From Macrostomum lignano (lineage: Eukaryota), in the NCBI GenBank assembly GCA_002269645.1, contig NIVC01000244.1:328484-392483 (forward strand): a stretch of 64,000 nucleotides of DNA. The letters run 5' to 3'. A program made the position numbers and the translations under genes. Numbering within the stretch: position 1 is the first letter of the stretch; each line of letters opens with the position of its first letter. Below, piece by piece: positions 22,667-44,041 of the stretch. Below the pieces are notes generated by a model, which worked only from the letters and a program-made list of their open reading frames with translations, searched no databases and was not told the origin of the DNA.

Positions 22667-24319
22667 CTAGCACTTGTACATCATCTTGGTCGTTCTAACA
22701 TCTCTCAGCGTGCTGGAGGATAGCGCCACCTGATTGTATCCGTCCTGACTGCTACTGACGTACTTTTCGGTGTACAGAGCGTTCAAGTTAAACCGGAAGT
22801 TGTTGGAATGCCACCAGCCACCGTGGCCATTGGACTTTGAGCAGCCAAAGCTGTACGTAGAAGAGCAGTATGACGAAGATGTTATGTCCCGGTCGTATGT
22901 CCAAAATCGTTTGTTGTTGTGGTAGTAAAATATGTAGCTGTACAGTGACCCGCCTCGTAAAGTCGTAGGTACTCTAAATACGTAGTTATTCGATGGTCCA
23001 TACACCTGAAAGTAGTTGCTCTCGGCCCAGTAGGAATTTCCATATACATCGACAACTTCAATGCACAGAGCGCACTTGCCGTTGTTTCTGCCTACTGATC
23101 CGATTGTCGCGGCGCTGAGTCTTTCGAGTCCTGGTTGGATTGGCGTGCAATTCTTACTGGATAAAAGAGTCAAAATCTAGGGAAACCCTGGAGCACCTTT
23201 TTTTGCTTTAATAAGCTCCAGAAAATAAAAAAATATTATTCGTACGAGGGTTTTGCGGGCCCTCGTTCGGCGACATCGTCATCCGACCAGTACCGAGTCA
23301 ATTCTGCCCATTCCGCTGGCTCCTGAGCGCATTCAAGCGCCCCGATACTGTACGCAGGCACACACTCATACGCATACCCACACAGGATGCACAGCGGCCC
23401 TGACATTCTAATCGTCAGGCATGTCCACTCTCTGTGCCTTGGGGGTTGACCCTCATTGGTGTGAATGGCACAACAACAACCCGGCCAATTTTCGTGCACA
23501 CAAGCCCCAAATGAATGTGGCCGCTCACAGAATCGATGCAGAGGGGTCGCGGTGCGAGAATCAGACGCGTTTAAGAAAACCCAAGTTCTTCATTAAGATC
23601 TTAAGCGTCACATTTGCTGGATCAGACCCGAATTTCTCACCCATCCAGTAGTTGGAGTCCGGATGCCCGAAGCCGCGCTCGTAGGTCTGCCAGTTCTGCT
23701 GGAAAGACAGGCTGCCATCCACCCGCTGCTGGAACACCACCCATTCGCTGGAGCTGCAGGGTCCCGGCGCCGCCGGCAGCGGCAGCGTCTGCAGTCGCCG
23801 GCCTGTCAGCGTCACCGCTGTGCCCTGACCAGCCACGCCCTCGGCCGTGAATTTGACGGCGGCGGCAAGCGTCTGCGGCGAGGACACGGCCGCCCAGCGG
23901 AGCTGCTGGCACCGGTCGAATGTGTTGCACCAAAATGCCAGCGTCGCTTCGCCCGCCCGTTCGAGGCTGCAGTCAACTGACACCGAGGGCGATTATGACG
24001 GACCGCGAAGGACCGGCTCAAGGCGGGTGAGCGCGAACGAAGCCGCGCCCGGCAGCCCGACGGTCTCCAGCGTCAGCGGCAGCCGCAGCGAATACTGCAC
24101 GGCGATGTGGTCAAAGTACACGCTCGGCAGACAGACGTCCGTGCGCACCGCCATGAAGGGCTCAACGAAGCGAAGCCCTGACAGTTCGAACACCTGAAGG
24201 CTGGCGCCGCGATGGGACACGCTGCCAACCGGCGTCGGGACAGCTGACGCTGCGGACGAAGGCGACTGGCAGCGAGAGGCCAGCGGCAGCAGCAGCAGCA
24301 GCAGCTGTGTCCGTTGCAT
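22667..24319 (-). pseudogene. Secreted fibrinogen-related domain (FReD) protein gene with premature stop
   Basis: Exon 1 24319-23641: signal peptide MQRTQLLLLLLPLASRC, in-frame TAA at 23995-23993, then EWVVFQQRVDGSLSFQQNWQTYERGFGHPDSNYWMG. GT-AG intron 23640-23131. Exon 2 23130-22667: GLERLS..RFWTYDRD..GGWWHSNNFRFNLNALY. Confidence 0.85.
23368..23567 (+). repeat. Dispersed repeat, copy A (in FReD intron)
   Basis: Shares CACACAGG(A/G)TGCACAGCGGCCCTGAC..ATCGTCAG.CATGT.CACTC and AATGTGGCCGC with 41008-41160; GCGAGAATCAGACG also occurs near 59687. Confidence 0.65.
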
Positions 24320-24412
24320 CTTGTGCTTTTCGTATCTTGGGGTTTTGGAAAAAGTTTCAAATTGCTGAGCTCGTTTTCTGCACTACTCAATACATAAGAA
24401 AAATATAGACAC

Positions 24413-24712
24413 TTATATAGCCTAGTGGTTAGGGCATCGGACTCACGACTTTAAGGTCAGGGGGGGTTCGATTCCTGATCGCACTGGAACAATTTGTGTC
24501 CTTGAGCAAGATACTCAAGTTCTATATTGCTCTATATTGCTTCAATTCCTCCAACTGTAAAATGGGGATGTTTGTGGCGACCCCGCAGTTCTTGGACTGA
24601 ACAGCCGTACGCAGCCTTCAGATGTGCCGTGCAATAGCTGCAGCTGAGCTGTCGGTTGCACATCTGGCCATTGGGGCAGGAGTAATCAATTATGATTACT
24701 ATTATTATTATT
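24413..24712 (+). mobile_element. tRNA-derived CORE-like SINE, copy 2
   Basis: A box TAGCCTAGTGGTTAG, B box GGTTCGATTCC, CORE-like block, shared 3' body, (ATT)n tail. Confidence 0.85.
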
Positions 24713-25449
24713 AGAGTTTAGTACTCACCTGTGATAGACTTTTTCTAGTAGAAAGCAAACAGGAAAAGTGTGACGCGCAGCTTCCGATGAAGTAATACGA
24801 GCTCGTTTAGCTGTGAATTTATTTCTTCGGAGTCTATTTTTCCATTTTCCGCTCCCGCCCAGCCGTTAGCAGGATCTTTGATGCTAGAAAACAACAAAGT
24901 AAAGCAATAGAAAAGCCAGACGTGCAAAAGAGTTCAGTTTCTAATAATTCCATTCTTGCACGTTATTTTAATTTGTTTGAAGAGATGCTGCTGGGGTATC
25001 ACAGCATCTGAGATACTGCGGTAGCCTTTGACAAATAGGTGGCCCTAGCATCCTGTTTGTTAAGCAAATGAGGCGTAGCAAATAACATTGCAGAGTTTTA
25101 CGCGCTGAATACAATACCTCGGTCCGCTAGTTTTCATCAAGTATAAATGTGTGCACTATAGTGCATGCAGTGTAGTACAGTCCCAGCAGCTACCTTAGCG
25201 AGCACAATGCCTAGTATTCCACTTTCAAGCTTCTTCAAAACACACGATGCTAAGTTCACTGCTTTTGTGTTGTTTGGCAACTGTAAATACGGTCAATCTA
25301 AGAGTAGTACTAAAAGTAGCTAAAATAGCGTTTTTGATCAAAGCATTGCTTAGTTAAAAAATACAAAATGTTTTTGTTAGTCGACTTTGCTTTGATTTGG
25401 AACTGTTGATTGTCAACCGCCAACTGCAGACTTGCTCATGACTTTATTT

Positions 25450-26410
25450 TACAGTATTTTTATCCCAGCGGCCAGAGTATATGCAGATAAACTCTAGTTT
25501 GAGGACAATTTTTGTTTGAAATTAACGAATCGAAATAAAAATCCGAGTCGCCAGCTCTCAACAGTTCATTGACAAGTGGCTTATGCACAGACCCAGACTC
25601 CGTACTGAAGGCTCAATTGATTGATCCCTTGTGCAGACGGAAGGCCTCGGACAGGTTAACATTGAGGTCCTCCTCACTGTGCTTCTTGAGCCGGGCGGTC
25701 AGCTCCATCGGCGGGTTGAAGGTCGACGACCGGCCGGTCGCCTGGCTCTGCGAGCAGATGCCGCACATCCTGGTCACAATTGTCCGCGACTTTCCGACGG
25801 CGCGCATTACCAGCACCTCCAGCATGATCACGGCGCCTCGCTCAACCAAGTCGAACGCAGCCCGCACGAACACCTGGTCATACATTGACACCTGAATTCG
25901 GAAGTCCATCAGCTCGTCATTGGCGGATCCAAAGCTGGTGACTTGGACATTGTCCGCGCCGATTTCGCTCATGAGCTTCAGGTTGTTCTCAACGAGGCGG
26001 TAGCGCACCATCACTTTAGAGTTGTAGGAGCCGCTCTCCATAAACAGGCTTGGGGTTAGAGGTCCTGCCATGCTTTCTTCTATTGGAGTAATAATGTCAG
26101 GCTTTTTCTACAAGCGAATCAGTCAGTCTGTTTTATTACGGGGATCTTTGCGAAATCGCCCTCCGTTAGCAGACTATCGCCCTCCGAGTAACATTTTTGG
26201 AACCACTTCTGGCCATAGAGTGGCAGCCAAGCCGAGTGCTGAGCGGGCGCCTGAGAGCCTTGCATCAGCCTCATGATGCATCAGCCCATTACCCACTGCC
26301 TCAATAGCATTATCAATTCCTTCTTAGTGCTCTCTGCCTCTCCGCTCTCCATCTTCTCCTGGGGGTGGATGATGCGAATGAGAAGGTTTGCATTAAATTT
26401 TCAGACCGGA
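25450..26410 (-). pseudogene. Unidentified decayed protein-coding-like segment
   Basis: 152-aa globular-looking ORF at 25613-26071, with protein-like continuation past a TGA and a stop-interrupted upstream frame (KFNANLLIRIIHPQEK..AWLPLYGQKWFQ). No family recognised. Confidence 0.35.
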
Positions 26411-28396
26411 ATATTGACCGAGAATGAGGGCTGAGAGCAGTATTTTTGTAGGGCGCAGGTCTGCACTCTGCATTAACTCCATGGCGAGATTAACAAAGTT
26501 CGCCCGCCCTTTGAGAGCTCACCAGTGGAGTCGGATCGATGAGAAGCCGATGCCTCTCGGCTTCTCGGTCTTACTGCATGAAATCGTATCACGAGTGGGT
26601 ATTGATTACTATAGGAGATCGCATCTTAGCATCTTCAATGGTAAATAAAGAACAAGTATTTTTGATAGCAAATAAAGCTTTCCATAGAAGGTGTGGCATA
26701 TAAGCGTGTCTGCATGTTTTAATCAGGAAAAAATACCTCGTTTAGAAAGAAAAAATCTACCTGCTTTCTAATTGTAAGACCACATTTCTTTGGAGGACAA
26801 ATTTTCGTGACGGAAAATTCGCTTTTACGCTACTATTAGTAGCTTTAGCCCGGGTAAATGTCCAGTATTCTGGTTAGTTGGAGAGTTTGCGGTTTGTATG
26901 GACTTATATTTTTTAATATTAAAGGAGTCACGCCAAGCCGAAGCAAAGGGTGAAATAGTCCCGGCAAATAGCCCTCCTGCTGCTTCAAAGATAAGAGACT
27001 GTCTTGGCAAGAGTACCCGGGGTCTAGTGGGGGGAGTCTCCTTCGGGTTGCCGCGGCCGTGGGAGGGTCTTTATGACCGTTTTTGGGCACACTAACTCCA
27101 GAGAAGGCACGGGCTTCCCTGATTGGTTCGCTTAACCCTCGCTGGCCCCGGGGAGGTTAGTAATGCGGTTTGGAGTAGGTGTGACGCCCCGACAGCTGGG
27201 GGTAGGGCCCGCCCTCAGCCCGACTGGTGTCGCCTGCTCGGCTTGATTGGTCACAGTCTCCTATAGCCTAATTTAGAAGCCTAGTGTACCTGAGTACACT
27301 CCCAACCTGGAAAACAATTTATCTTAGTGGCGTAACAGCCTGTTCAATGGCTTAGGCGCCTTTTTTACTTATTTTAGTTAGTTAGTTAGGAGTCACGCCA
27401 AGCACTTTGAGATACTTTGGAAAGTACACTTGAAAAGTACATTTGTTGGATTCTTGGGTTCATTCTATAATTCTACTTCTAAAACTAGTAGCTACATCAA
27501 TAAAAATCGAATAATCCACCAAGACCCAAAACTAATTAAGCCAGTAGCCATAGGCCAGGAAACCACGATTCATAATCAATATTTAGCTAAATTATTATTA
27601 ATAAATTAATAAATAAATTATTAATAAAAAGCATTGTGAGTTCAGCTCCATAAACAGTAAGAGTGCATCTGTCCTGACAAGTGAGAAAGTCATCGTCACT
27701 AAACATGTGCTGTGAGTACTGCTGCTGGATCCTAGAGTCCGGACAATAGGACGTCAAAATTTATCAAACATTTTTAAGGCCGGTTTTCACTTGAAAAAGC
27801 ATTAGCGAGAAAACTACTATGAAAATCGCTCTTTGAATTTAAGACAAAAAAGTTAATTGCAATTCCTGTAAGCATTCCCGACTTCCTGGCTACTCGTAAA
27901 CTCCTGTCTGATGCAATGCTAAAGATTGCCTTGTTCTCTTCACAAGCAGCATTTCTTAAATGTTTTAAACTGACGCCCTCTAACATTGTGTTCCCTTCCT
28001 TGGCTAGAGACCGGCTAGAGGGAAGCGTGTACATGCCAGACGATGGAAAAGTCAGGGCCGCTGCAGTGTACACCCTGTGTGAGCTTGTGCCTGCTCAAGC
28101 ATTCGCATTAAGCGAAAGCATTAGCATTCGTGTGCGTGCTGAGGGGTCAGCTGAATGGGCCTGGCTGCTTTGCGTCCTCGCTGACTGCCGGTCTGACTGT
28201 CACCTTCACATGCAGCAGTGCCCTAAAAAGTTATTAACTAAGACTGATTTGGTTAAAATTAGCAAAGAAAACTTGTGAAGACTAGCGAAATTGGAATGAC
28301 CCTTAATGAATTTTATCTGTGTATTTTTGTACTACTAACGCTGATAGAAATCCAGAAAAATGTGATCGCGCATGACTGCGTCATCAGCCCCTCAGA

Positions 28397-29419
28397 TCAG
28401 ATCTGCGACAGCGGGTCCATCTCTACCAGGAAGCTGAGGTGCCGATTCGTTTGAGAAACCGCCGCATCCTCGGCCGCCGAGTCCGACAGCGGCTGCAGCT
28501 TCTCGGTGAGGTAGGCGGAGAAGTCCGACCAAGAGACCGTGCCGTCCTGGTCAGCGTCCATCCGCAGGAACAGCCGCTCGGACACCTCGGCCGCGGTGAC
28601 ATTTGGCAGCACGGCCGGCCGGCAGGCGGTGCCGCAGAGGCTGTAGACGCCAGTCACCACCGTCAGCAGGTCACGCCGGCTGATCTGGCCGTCCTTGTCG
28701 GCATCGTACAGGGCGAAAAGCCAGTAAAGTTTGTCCTGCAGAGAGCCCCGGCTGAGACGGCTCATCACGGACACGAGCTGCTCGAAGCAGAGCCTGTCCG
28801 GCTGCGGCGACTGCTGTCTCGAGTCATCAAGCGGCAGGGCCAGAAAACTGTCGAACAGCAGACCGGCGTACAGGGACGCTTCGCCTAGGGGGAAAAAGTA
28901 GCCGCAGATTTCCTGGAAACTCTCGCGCTGCATCAGGCCATTGGGGCACTCCTGCTTGAACTTGGCGTACAGCCTGCGCAGCAGCTGGATGCTCAGTCCG
29001 GAGCTTGCGGCCAGCTCGCGGAGCGGTCGAGGCCTCGTTCGAGGCACCATCCATGGCAGCAGCGACATCAGCTGTTCGGCCTCAGCATCTCCCAGCTTGA
29101 CGCTGTCGCCGCCGCCGGCTCCCGGGATTCGGAAGCTGCCGCGCGCCGAGCGAGCCTGACGGCGAAGCAGTTTCCTCGAGAGCCAGCGAACAAACCGGCA
29201 ACGCTCGAGCAGCGAACGACGCGACTTGGCGTCAGCGCCCCCGCCGCCACCGCCTGAAACTTCGGCAACGTCATTTTCGGTAACAATGTCGTCCTCATCA
29301 GCGTTGAAAGCTAGGACGGCCTCCTCGGAGTCGCTGCCGGAGGCGTCCTCCACGCCGTCGCTGCTTCGACCGCTAGCGGGGCCGAAGGCTCGACGCTGCT
29401 TGGATTGGAGTTCGCGCAT
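28397..29419 (-). CDS. KCNIP: KChIP-like neuronal calcium sensor (recoverin family EF-hand protein), intronless CDS
   Basis: RPLRELAASSGLSIQLLRRLYAKFKQECPNG..FFPLGEASLYAGLLFDSF..LSRGSLQDKLYWLFALYDADKDGQIS..RMDADQDGTVSWSDF aligns to the KChIP core. First ATG is at 29419; a possible splice acceptor lies at 29444. The symbol is family-level only. Confidence 0.9.
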   Translation of the reverse strand: MRELQSKQRRAFGPASGRSSDGVEDASGSDSEEAVLAFNADEDDIVTENDVAEVSGGGGGGADAKSRRSLLERCRFVRWLSRKLLRRQARSARGSFRIPGAGGGDSVKLGDAEAEQLMSLLPWMVPRTRPRPLRELAASSGLSIQLLRRLYAKFKQECPNGLMQRESFQEICGYFFPLGEASLYAGLLFDSFLALPLDDSRQQSPQPDRLCFEQLVSVMSRLSRGSLQDKLYWLFALYDADKDGQISRRDLLTVVTGVYSLCGTACRPAVLPNVTAAEVSERLFLRMDADQDGTVSWSDFSAYLTEKLQPLSDSAAEDAAVSQTNRHLSFLVEMDPLSQI

Positions 29420-31899
29420 CTCTGGCTCGCTGACTCGATGAGGCTGCAGGTAGAGAGACACACAGAACTGCTTCGGTTCTAAACTTCAGCCTTGTAAATT
29501 CCAATTCAAACAAGCTTGCTAAATTGAAAAGCAGCAACGCAGCCAGTATTGGTTGTCATGACGATGCCATTCGATCTAGCATTTCCGGGCTAAACCCGGA
29601 CACAACTTGCTAACTAGATAAGGCCAGGAGGCTCTCTGAACGGTCAGTAGGCGGCTAAAAATAGTTTGGCGTCTCGCAGTGCATAAATCGATAGATAATC
29701 GACTGGATTGAGTACTCGAGAGGTAACGACAGTAAATCCGGATCTTACAAAACTAACTCTCAGAGCAGTGGGAATCTCTTGCCGGGGTGATTTAACGGGT
29801 TATTTGCTTTGGTTTCACGCTAGCGTACAGTGCAAGTTGTGCACGCACTACCTTAGTTAGCCAGGAAATCTCGCTCTTGCAAAAGTGATTACAGAAGTTA
29901 ATTCTGTTGGCAAAAATGATGCTGCCAGCTGAGCAAACCCGCCACAAGCTGCCTGCCCAATCTGCTCTATTGGCAGTGACTGGGCCTGCAATACTCGTGC
30001 GGAAACACCTTGTGCGTACGGTTAAAGGACCAAATACCCACTAGAAGCATTCTTAAATTCATTTGAGAACGTAAACTACGAGCGTACGTAGAGCGTACGT
30101 GCTTGTGTCAATGTGTACACTGTCGAACATGGGGGCCTTGCCGGCGAGAGGCAAACACAGAGTGCTGCTGTTTGTTGCTTCAGGTTGAGAACCAGTCACC
30201 CTAGCACTGAACACGTTCATTAGGCCTAGAATCCTCAAATACCTGGTGGGTCACACTGACAGGGTGGTACCAACTTCTTGAGCGCATGCCTTTCAGGTGG
30301 TCTGTTGGTGGAATCCAGCTTCTATAGGACACGAGGCCTTCCAGATTGCAGATGAAGCAGGTGTCTGTGTTTTTATTGAGGGGAGCTCACATTTTTTCCA
30401 AAACTTTCTTGGCGAACTTGTAAGTGCACTTGAACTTAAACTTTGCGGGGAGTCTGGCTAGCTGTTTTAGCTCTTATTCAGCATCACTCTGCCTCATCGT
30501 GTTTTCCCTTCGCGAATCAATTCAGAGCAATCAATTATTGGCTGCAGGGAGCAGCAGCCGCAGCAGCAGTGACTTTCTGCTTGAGAGCCAAAACGTGGGT
30601 CCAAGTTTCTTGTAAAGGTGAGCGAGTTAGATAGGTAATATTGACCTGATGGCCAGAATGCCTGAGGGCAGCTGACTGACAGACTTAGGAGGCACCAAAA
30701 ATCTCTACTACATGTAACTACTACATAGCTCTCTAGCCTATAAAGTCTCAATAATTAAGGTAACGGCACTTTTCTAGTCTTACCTGCTGGTTGTCCGATG
30801 TAGGACGTCTTTTGAGACAGCAGTGTAACCCGAGTTGCCACTTAACACCGATACAGCTAAACTGCTAAGTCTGTGAATGGCAGTGCCTGGGGGCGCGAGC
30901 TCAGGAACAGTCAATTTAATAGAGAGAGGAAAGGTTGAGAATGGGACAAAACGAGGGGAGTCTGAGACCGGGGCTCAGAGGCTGCACGGCGGCTGGGCCA
31001 ATGGCAGAGCATCCACCCAGCCCAACTAACCAAGCAAGTGAAACAATGCCCTCCGCCATCCGCGGATCCATGTCCTTTTTTACATGTCTCTCCTAGCGGA
31101 GCCAGGGGCAGTAAAGCTACCGAACAGAAACCTGTGAGTGCTGCCGCTGCTGCAGACGGAAGAGATGGAATCGGGGAGAGGGAGAAGAGAGAGGCTGCGA
31201 TGCCTCATCACCCACCTCAGCTGCAGCAGCAGACGCCAAACACGCAGACAGGGCCGGGCGTGAGTCGGCATAACAAAACTGGCCGCCTGTTTCTGGGGAT
31301 GAGGTGAATGGGGAAGGCGGGATTTGGGGAGTTATTTGCGCGGGAGAATAGGGGATGTTATTGTGCCGGTAGCTTTCGGTTTGATGGAGGAATATTTTTT
31401 AAAATGCTTACTTTTGATCCCCAAAGCAGACTGACAGGCTATCCGTCATTGAACTCGTCAACCGATTGCATTCTCGGAGCTACAGCTGCTGCGACAAAGA
31501 GATGAAGCTGGCTGCTCGTTAAAGCCGAGCTGGGTGGCTGAGCAGCTGAGGGCTCTACAGTACGCTGTTGCCAAGGTCTTTTTCAAGTCTCTTTAATGAG
31601 TTAAAAAAAGATAGGTTTCGGTCAAGCAGTTAAGCTCAACGTTTTTTAAAGACAGGGTCTCTTGGCTTGTGAAGAGATCTATAGATCCAAGATTAACGAG
31701 TGCTCTTATCATGTCGGGTTTCTCGATTACTTCTCCTCTCTTATCTCACGGATTTTTGCTGCCCCCGTGTTGCCCTTCTCATGCCCAGGTCATTTAAGTT
31801 GCTTTCTCCATTTTATAGCTCTCTATCTTCTGATACCTCCCTCCTTCACATCTGTCTCAGTCACGCCTCTCTTTCTCACCCCTCTACCTCTCACCCCTG

Positions 31900-33700
31900 T
31901 CTCTCATCTATATCCATCTCACCTCTCTCCATCTCACCTCTATCCATCTCACCTCTCTCCATCTCACATCTCTCCATCTTACCTCTATCCATCTCACCTC
32001 TCTTCTTCTCACCTCTCTCTCATCTATCTCCATCTCACCTCTCTCCATCTCACCTCTCTCCATCTCACCTCTCTCCATCTCACCTCTCTCCATCTGACCT
32101 CTATCCATCTCACCTCCATCCATCTCACCTCTCTCCATCTGACCTCTATCCATCTCACCTCTCTCCATCTCACCTCTCTCCATCTCACCTCTCTCCATCT
32201 CACCTCTCTCCATCTCACCTCTCTCCATCTCACCTCTCTCCATCTGACCTCTATCCATCTCACCTCTCTCCATCTGACCTCTATCCATCTCACCTCTCTC
32301 CATCTCACCTCTCTCCATCTCACCTCTCTCCATCTCACCTCTATCCATCTCACCTATATCCATCTCACCTCTATCCATCTCACCTCTATCCATCTCACCT
32401 CTCTCCATCTCACCTCTCTCCATCTCACCTCTCTCCATCTCACCTCTCTCCATCTCACCTCTCTCCATCTCACCTCTCTCCATCTCACCTCTCTCCATCT
32501 CACCTCTCTCCATCTGACCTCTATCCATCTCACCTCCATCCATCTCACCTCTCTCCATCTGACCTCTATCCATCTCACCTCTCTCCATCTCACCTCTCTC
32601 CATCTCACCTCTCTCCATCTCACCTCTCTCCATCTCACCTCTCTCCATCTGACCTCTATCCATCTCACCTCTCTCCATCTCACCTCTCTCCATCTCACCT
32701 CTCTCCATCTCACCTCTATCCATCTCACCTATATCCATCTCACCTCTATCCATCTCACCTCTCTCCATCTCACCTCTCTCCATCTCACCTCTCTCCATCT
32801 CACCTCTCTCCATCTCACCTCTCTCCATCTCATCTCTATCCATCTCACCTCTCTCCATCTCACCTCTATCCATCTCACCTCTCTCCATCTCATCTCTATC
32901 CATCTCACCTATATCCATCTCACCTCTATCCATCTCACCTCTCTCCATCTCACCTCTCTCCATCTCACCTCTATCCATCTCACCTCTCTCCATCTCACCT
33001 CTCTCCATCTCACCTCTCTCCATCTCACCTCTCTCCATCTCACCTCTCTCCATCTCACCTATATCCATCTCACCTCTCTCCATCTCACCTCTCTCCATCT
33101 AACCTATATCCATCTCACCTCTCTCCATCTCACCTCTCTCCATCTCACCTCTCTCCATCTCACCTCTCTCCATCTCACCTCTCTCCATCTCACCTCTCTC
33201 CATCTGACCTCTATCCATCTCACCTCTCTCCATCTCACCTCTCTCCATCTCACCTCTCTCCATCTCACCTATATCCATCTCACCTCTCTCCATCTCACCT
33301 CTATCCATCTCACCTATATCCATCTCATCTCTATCCATCTCACCTCTCTCCATCTCACCTCTCTCCATCTCACCTCTCTCCATCTCACCTCTCTCCATCT
33401 CACCTCTCTCCATCTCACCTCTCTCCATCTCACCTCTCTCCATCTCACCTCTCTCCATCTCACCTCTCTCCATCTCACCTCTCTCCATCTCACCTATATC
33501 CATCTCACCTCTATCCATCTCACCTATATCCATCTCAGCTATATCCAACTCACCTATATCCATCTCACCTCTATCCATCTCACCTCTCTCCATCTCACCT
33601 AAATCCATCTCACCTCCATCCATCTCACCTATATCCATCTCACCTCTCTCCATCTCACCTATATCCATCTCACCTCTATCATTCTCACCTCTCTCCATCT
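31900..33700 (+). repeat. 15-bp pyrimidine-rich minisatellite (CACCTCTCTCCATCT)n, ~120 copies
   Basis: Direct reading; 5-aa periodic ORFs (SHLSP / MERGE). Confidence 0.97.
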
Positions 33701-34111
33701 CTATTCATCACAAATCTATCCATCTCAACTCTCTCCTCACCATCTCTAATCCTCTCTAATTCTTACCTCTCTCCTTCTCTCCTCACTCCATCTCTCCTCT
33801 CCCCTCTCCATGTCACATCTATTTTATTCCACTCTATAATTCTGTTACAACTGCAGAAATAGTTGAAGCAGTAACTAAAACCGATACTAACGTTAATTTG
33901 GAAATCTGGTGAACCGAAACTGGCATGACGACCCTCTGGGAGTTCTGACAGAAGCTCCGGTATATTACGGGAAAGAGGGTTTCTGATCGCCTTTTTAACA
34001 GTGGGGTGAAAATACGACGAGCGCATATGAAACCAAATGGATAAGACCAGAACGAAACACTACGAGACAGAAGTAACTGCAGCAATAGCCATATGAAATT
34101 TAGTCATAAGC

Positions 34112-34805
<694 letters not shown>

Positions 34806-35135
34806 TTTCCTGCTGTCTTGAATCAATTGAATACAAATATCTAGAGCAAGAGCTAGGCAAATATGTATTTTCTATGTGGTAAAGTACCGTTCACAGTTTA
34901 ACTGATTGGTGAATTTTTACACAATAATTGGAAGAAGGCACATGCTTTCGCTGCTGTTTTAATCGATGCTGCTGTATAAAGAAAATTTTGAAACAGACTT
35001 TAAAAACGATATTGAATAAACAATTTACAAATGTTTACAGGATTAAAATACTTGACAACGAAGTCAATTCAGTGAAGTACACATGCTGGAAGCATGTACC
35101 ATCTGAGTGGGACAACTCAACAGCAAGCTCTCTCG

Positions 35136-35498
35136 CTCTCGCTCCCTGACTAGAGACTCCCCTAATGAGACTCTCGCTCCTCACTAGAGACTCCAAGCAT
35201 GAGACTCTCGCTCCTCACTAGAGACTCCAAGCATGAGACTTTCGCTCCTCACTAGAGACTCCAAGCATGAGACTCTCGCTCCCTCACTAGAGACTCCAAG
35301 CATGAGACTCTCGCTCCCTCACTAGAGACTCCAAGCATGAGACTCTCGCTCCTCACTAGATACTCCAAGCATGAGACTCTCGCTCCCTCACTAGAGACTC
35401 CAAGCATGAGACTCTCGCTCCTGACTAGAGACTCCAAGCATGAGACTCTCGCTCCCTCACTAGAGACCCCCAGCATGAGACTTTCGCCCCCTCACTAG
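35136..35498 (+). repeat. ~34-bp tandem repeat (ACTAGAGACTCCAAGCATGAGACTCTCGCTCCTC), ~10 copies
   Basis: Direct reading; lies just 3' of the protocadherin stop codon. Confidence 0.93.
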
Positions 35499-35549
35499 CA
35501 ATTCTCTGTCTTAGCCACTTAAATGTCTTTAAAAGTCAAAGGTCAATCT

Positions 35550-43562
<8,013 letters not shown>

Positions 43563-44041
43563 TGAACTCTAGCAAGAATCCTAAACCTTTACCATACTCG
43601 CTAAGCTGCTGAGTCTCAATATAAAAAACTTCGAAACCTTCAACATCATTTTCTTATCTGATGAGACATTTTAGCTCTCTAAAGGACCGCCAGTGATTAG
43701 AGGGTGTCAGCGAACAAAGGATGTTTTTGTTTTTCTCTAGCATTAAATTGGCACTATTTACTACTTTTATTTGTGCACCTAAGACCTTATTAGTATCGAA
43801 TAGAAAGCTATATACGAATAGATACAAGTGCGAACTTTCCATCCCGGGAATATAATTTCATTTCAAAAAGGACTTTTGCCTTACATGGGGCGAATGGAGG
43901 AGCCCTTATAAAGTTGATGTTCAATTAGCATTCGCTTCTGGGTTGGATTAATTGGTTGGAAACTGACTGATAACTCGTGTTGAAGGCGGGCTTAAAAGTA
44001 CAGACAGTCTTAATTCCTCATTGTATATCAACATATCAACA

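Noticed and set aside
30184-30425. Possible exon with a WD40-like GH motif (ILKYLVGHTDRVV)
   Set aside because: Short, interrupted by stops, and no supporting neighbouring exons.
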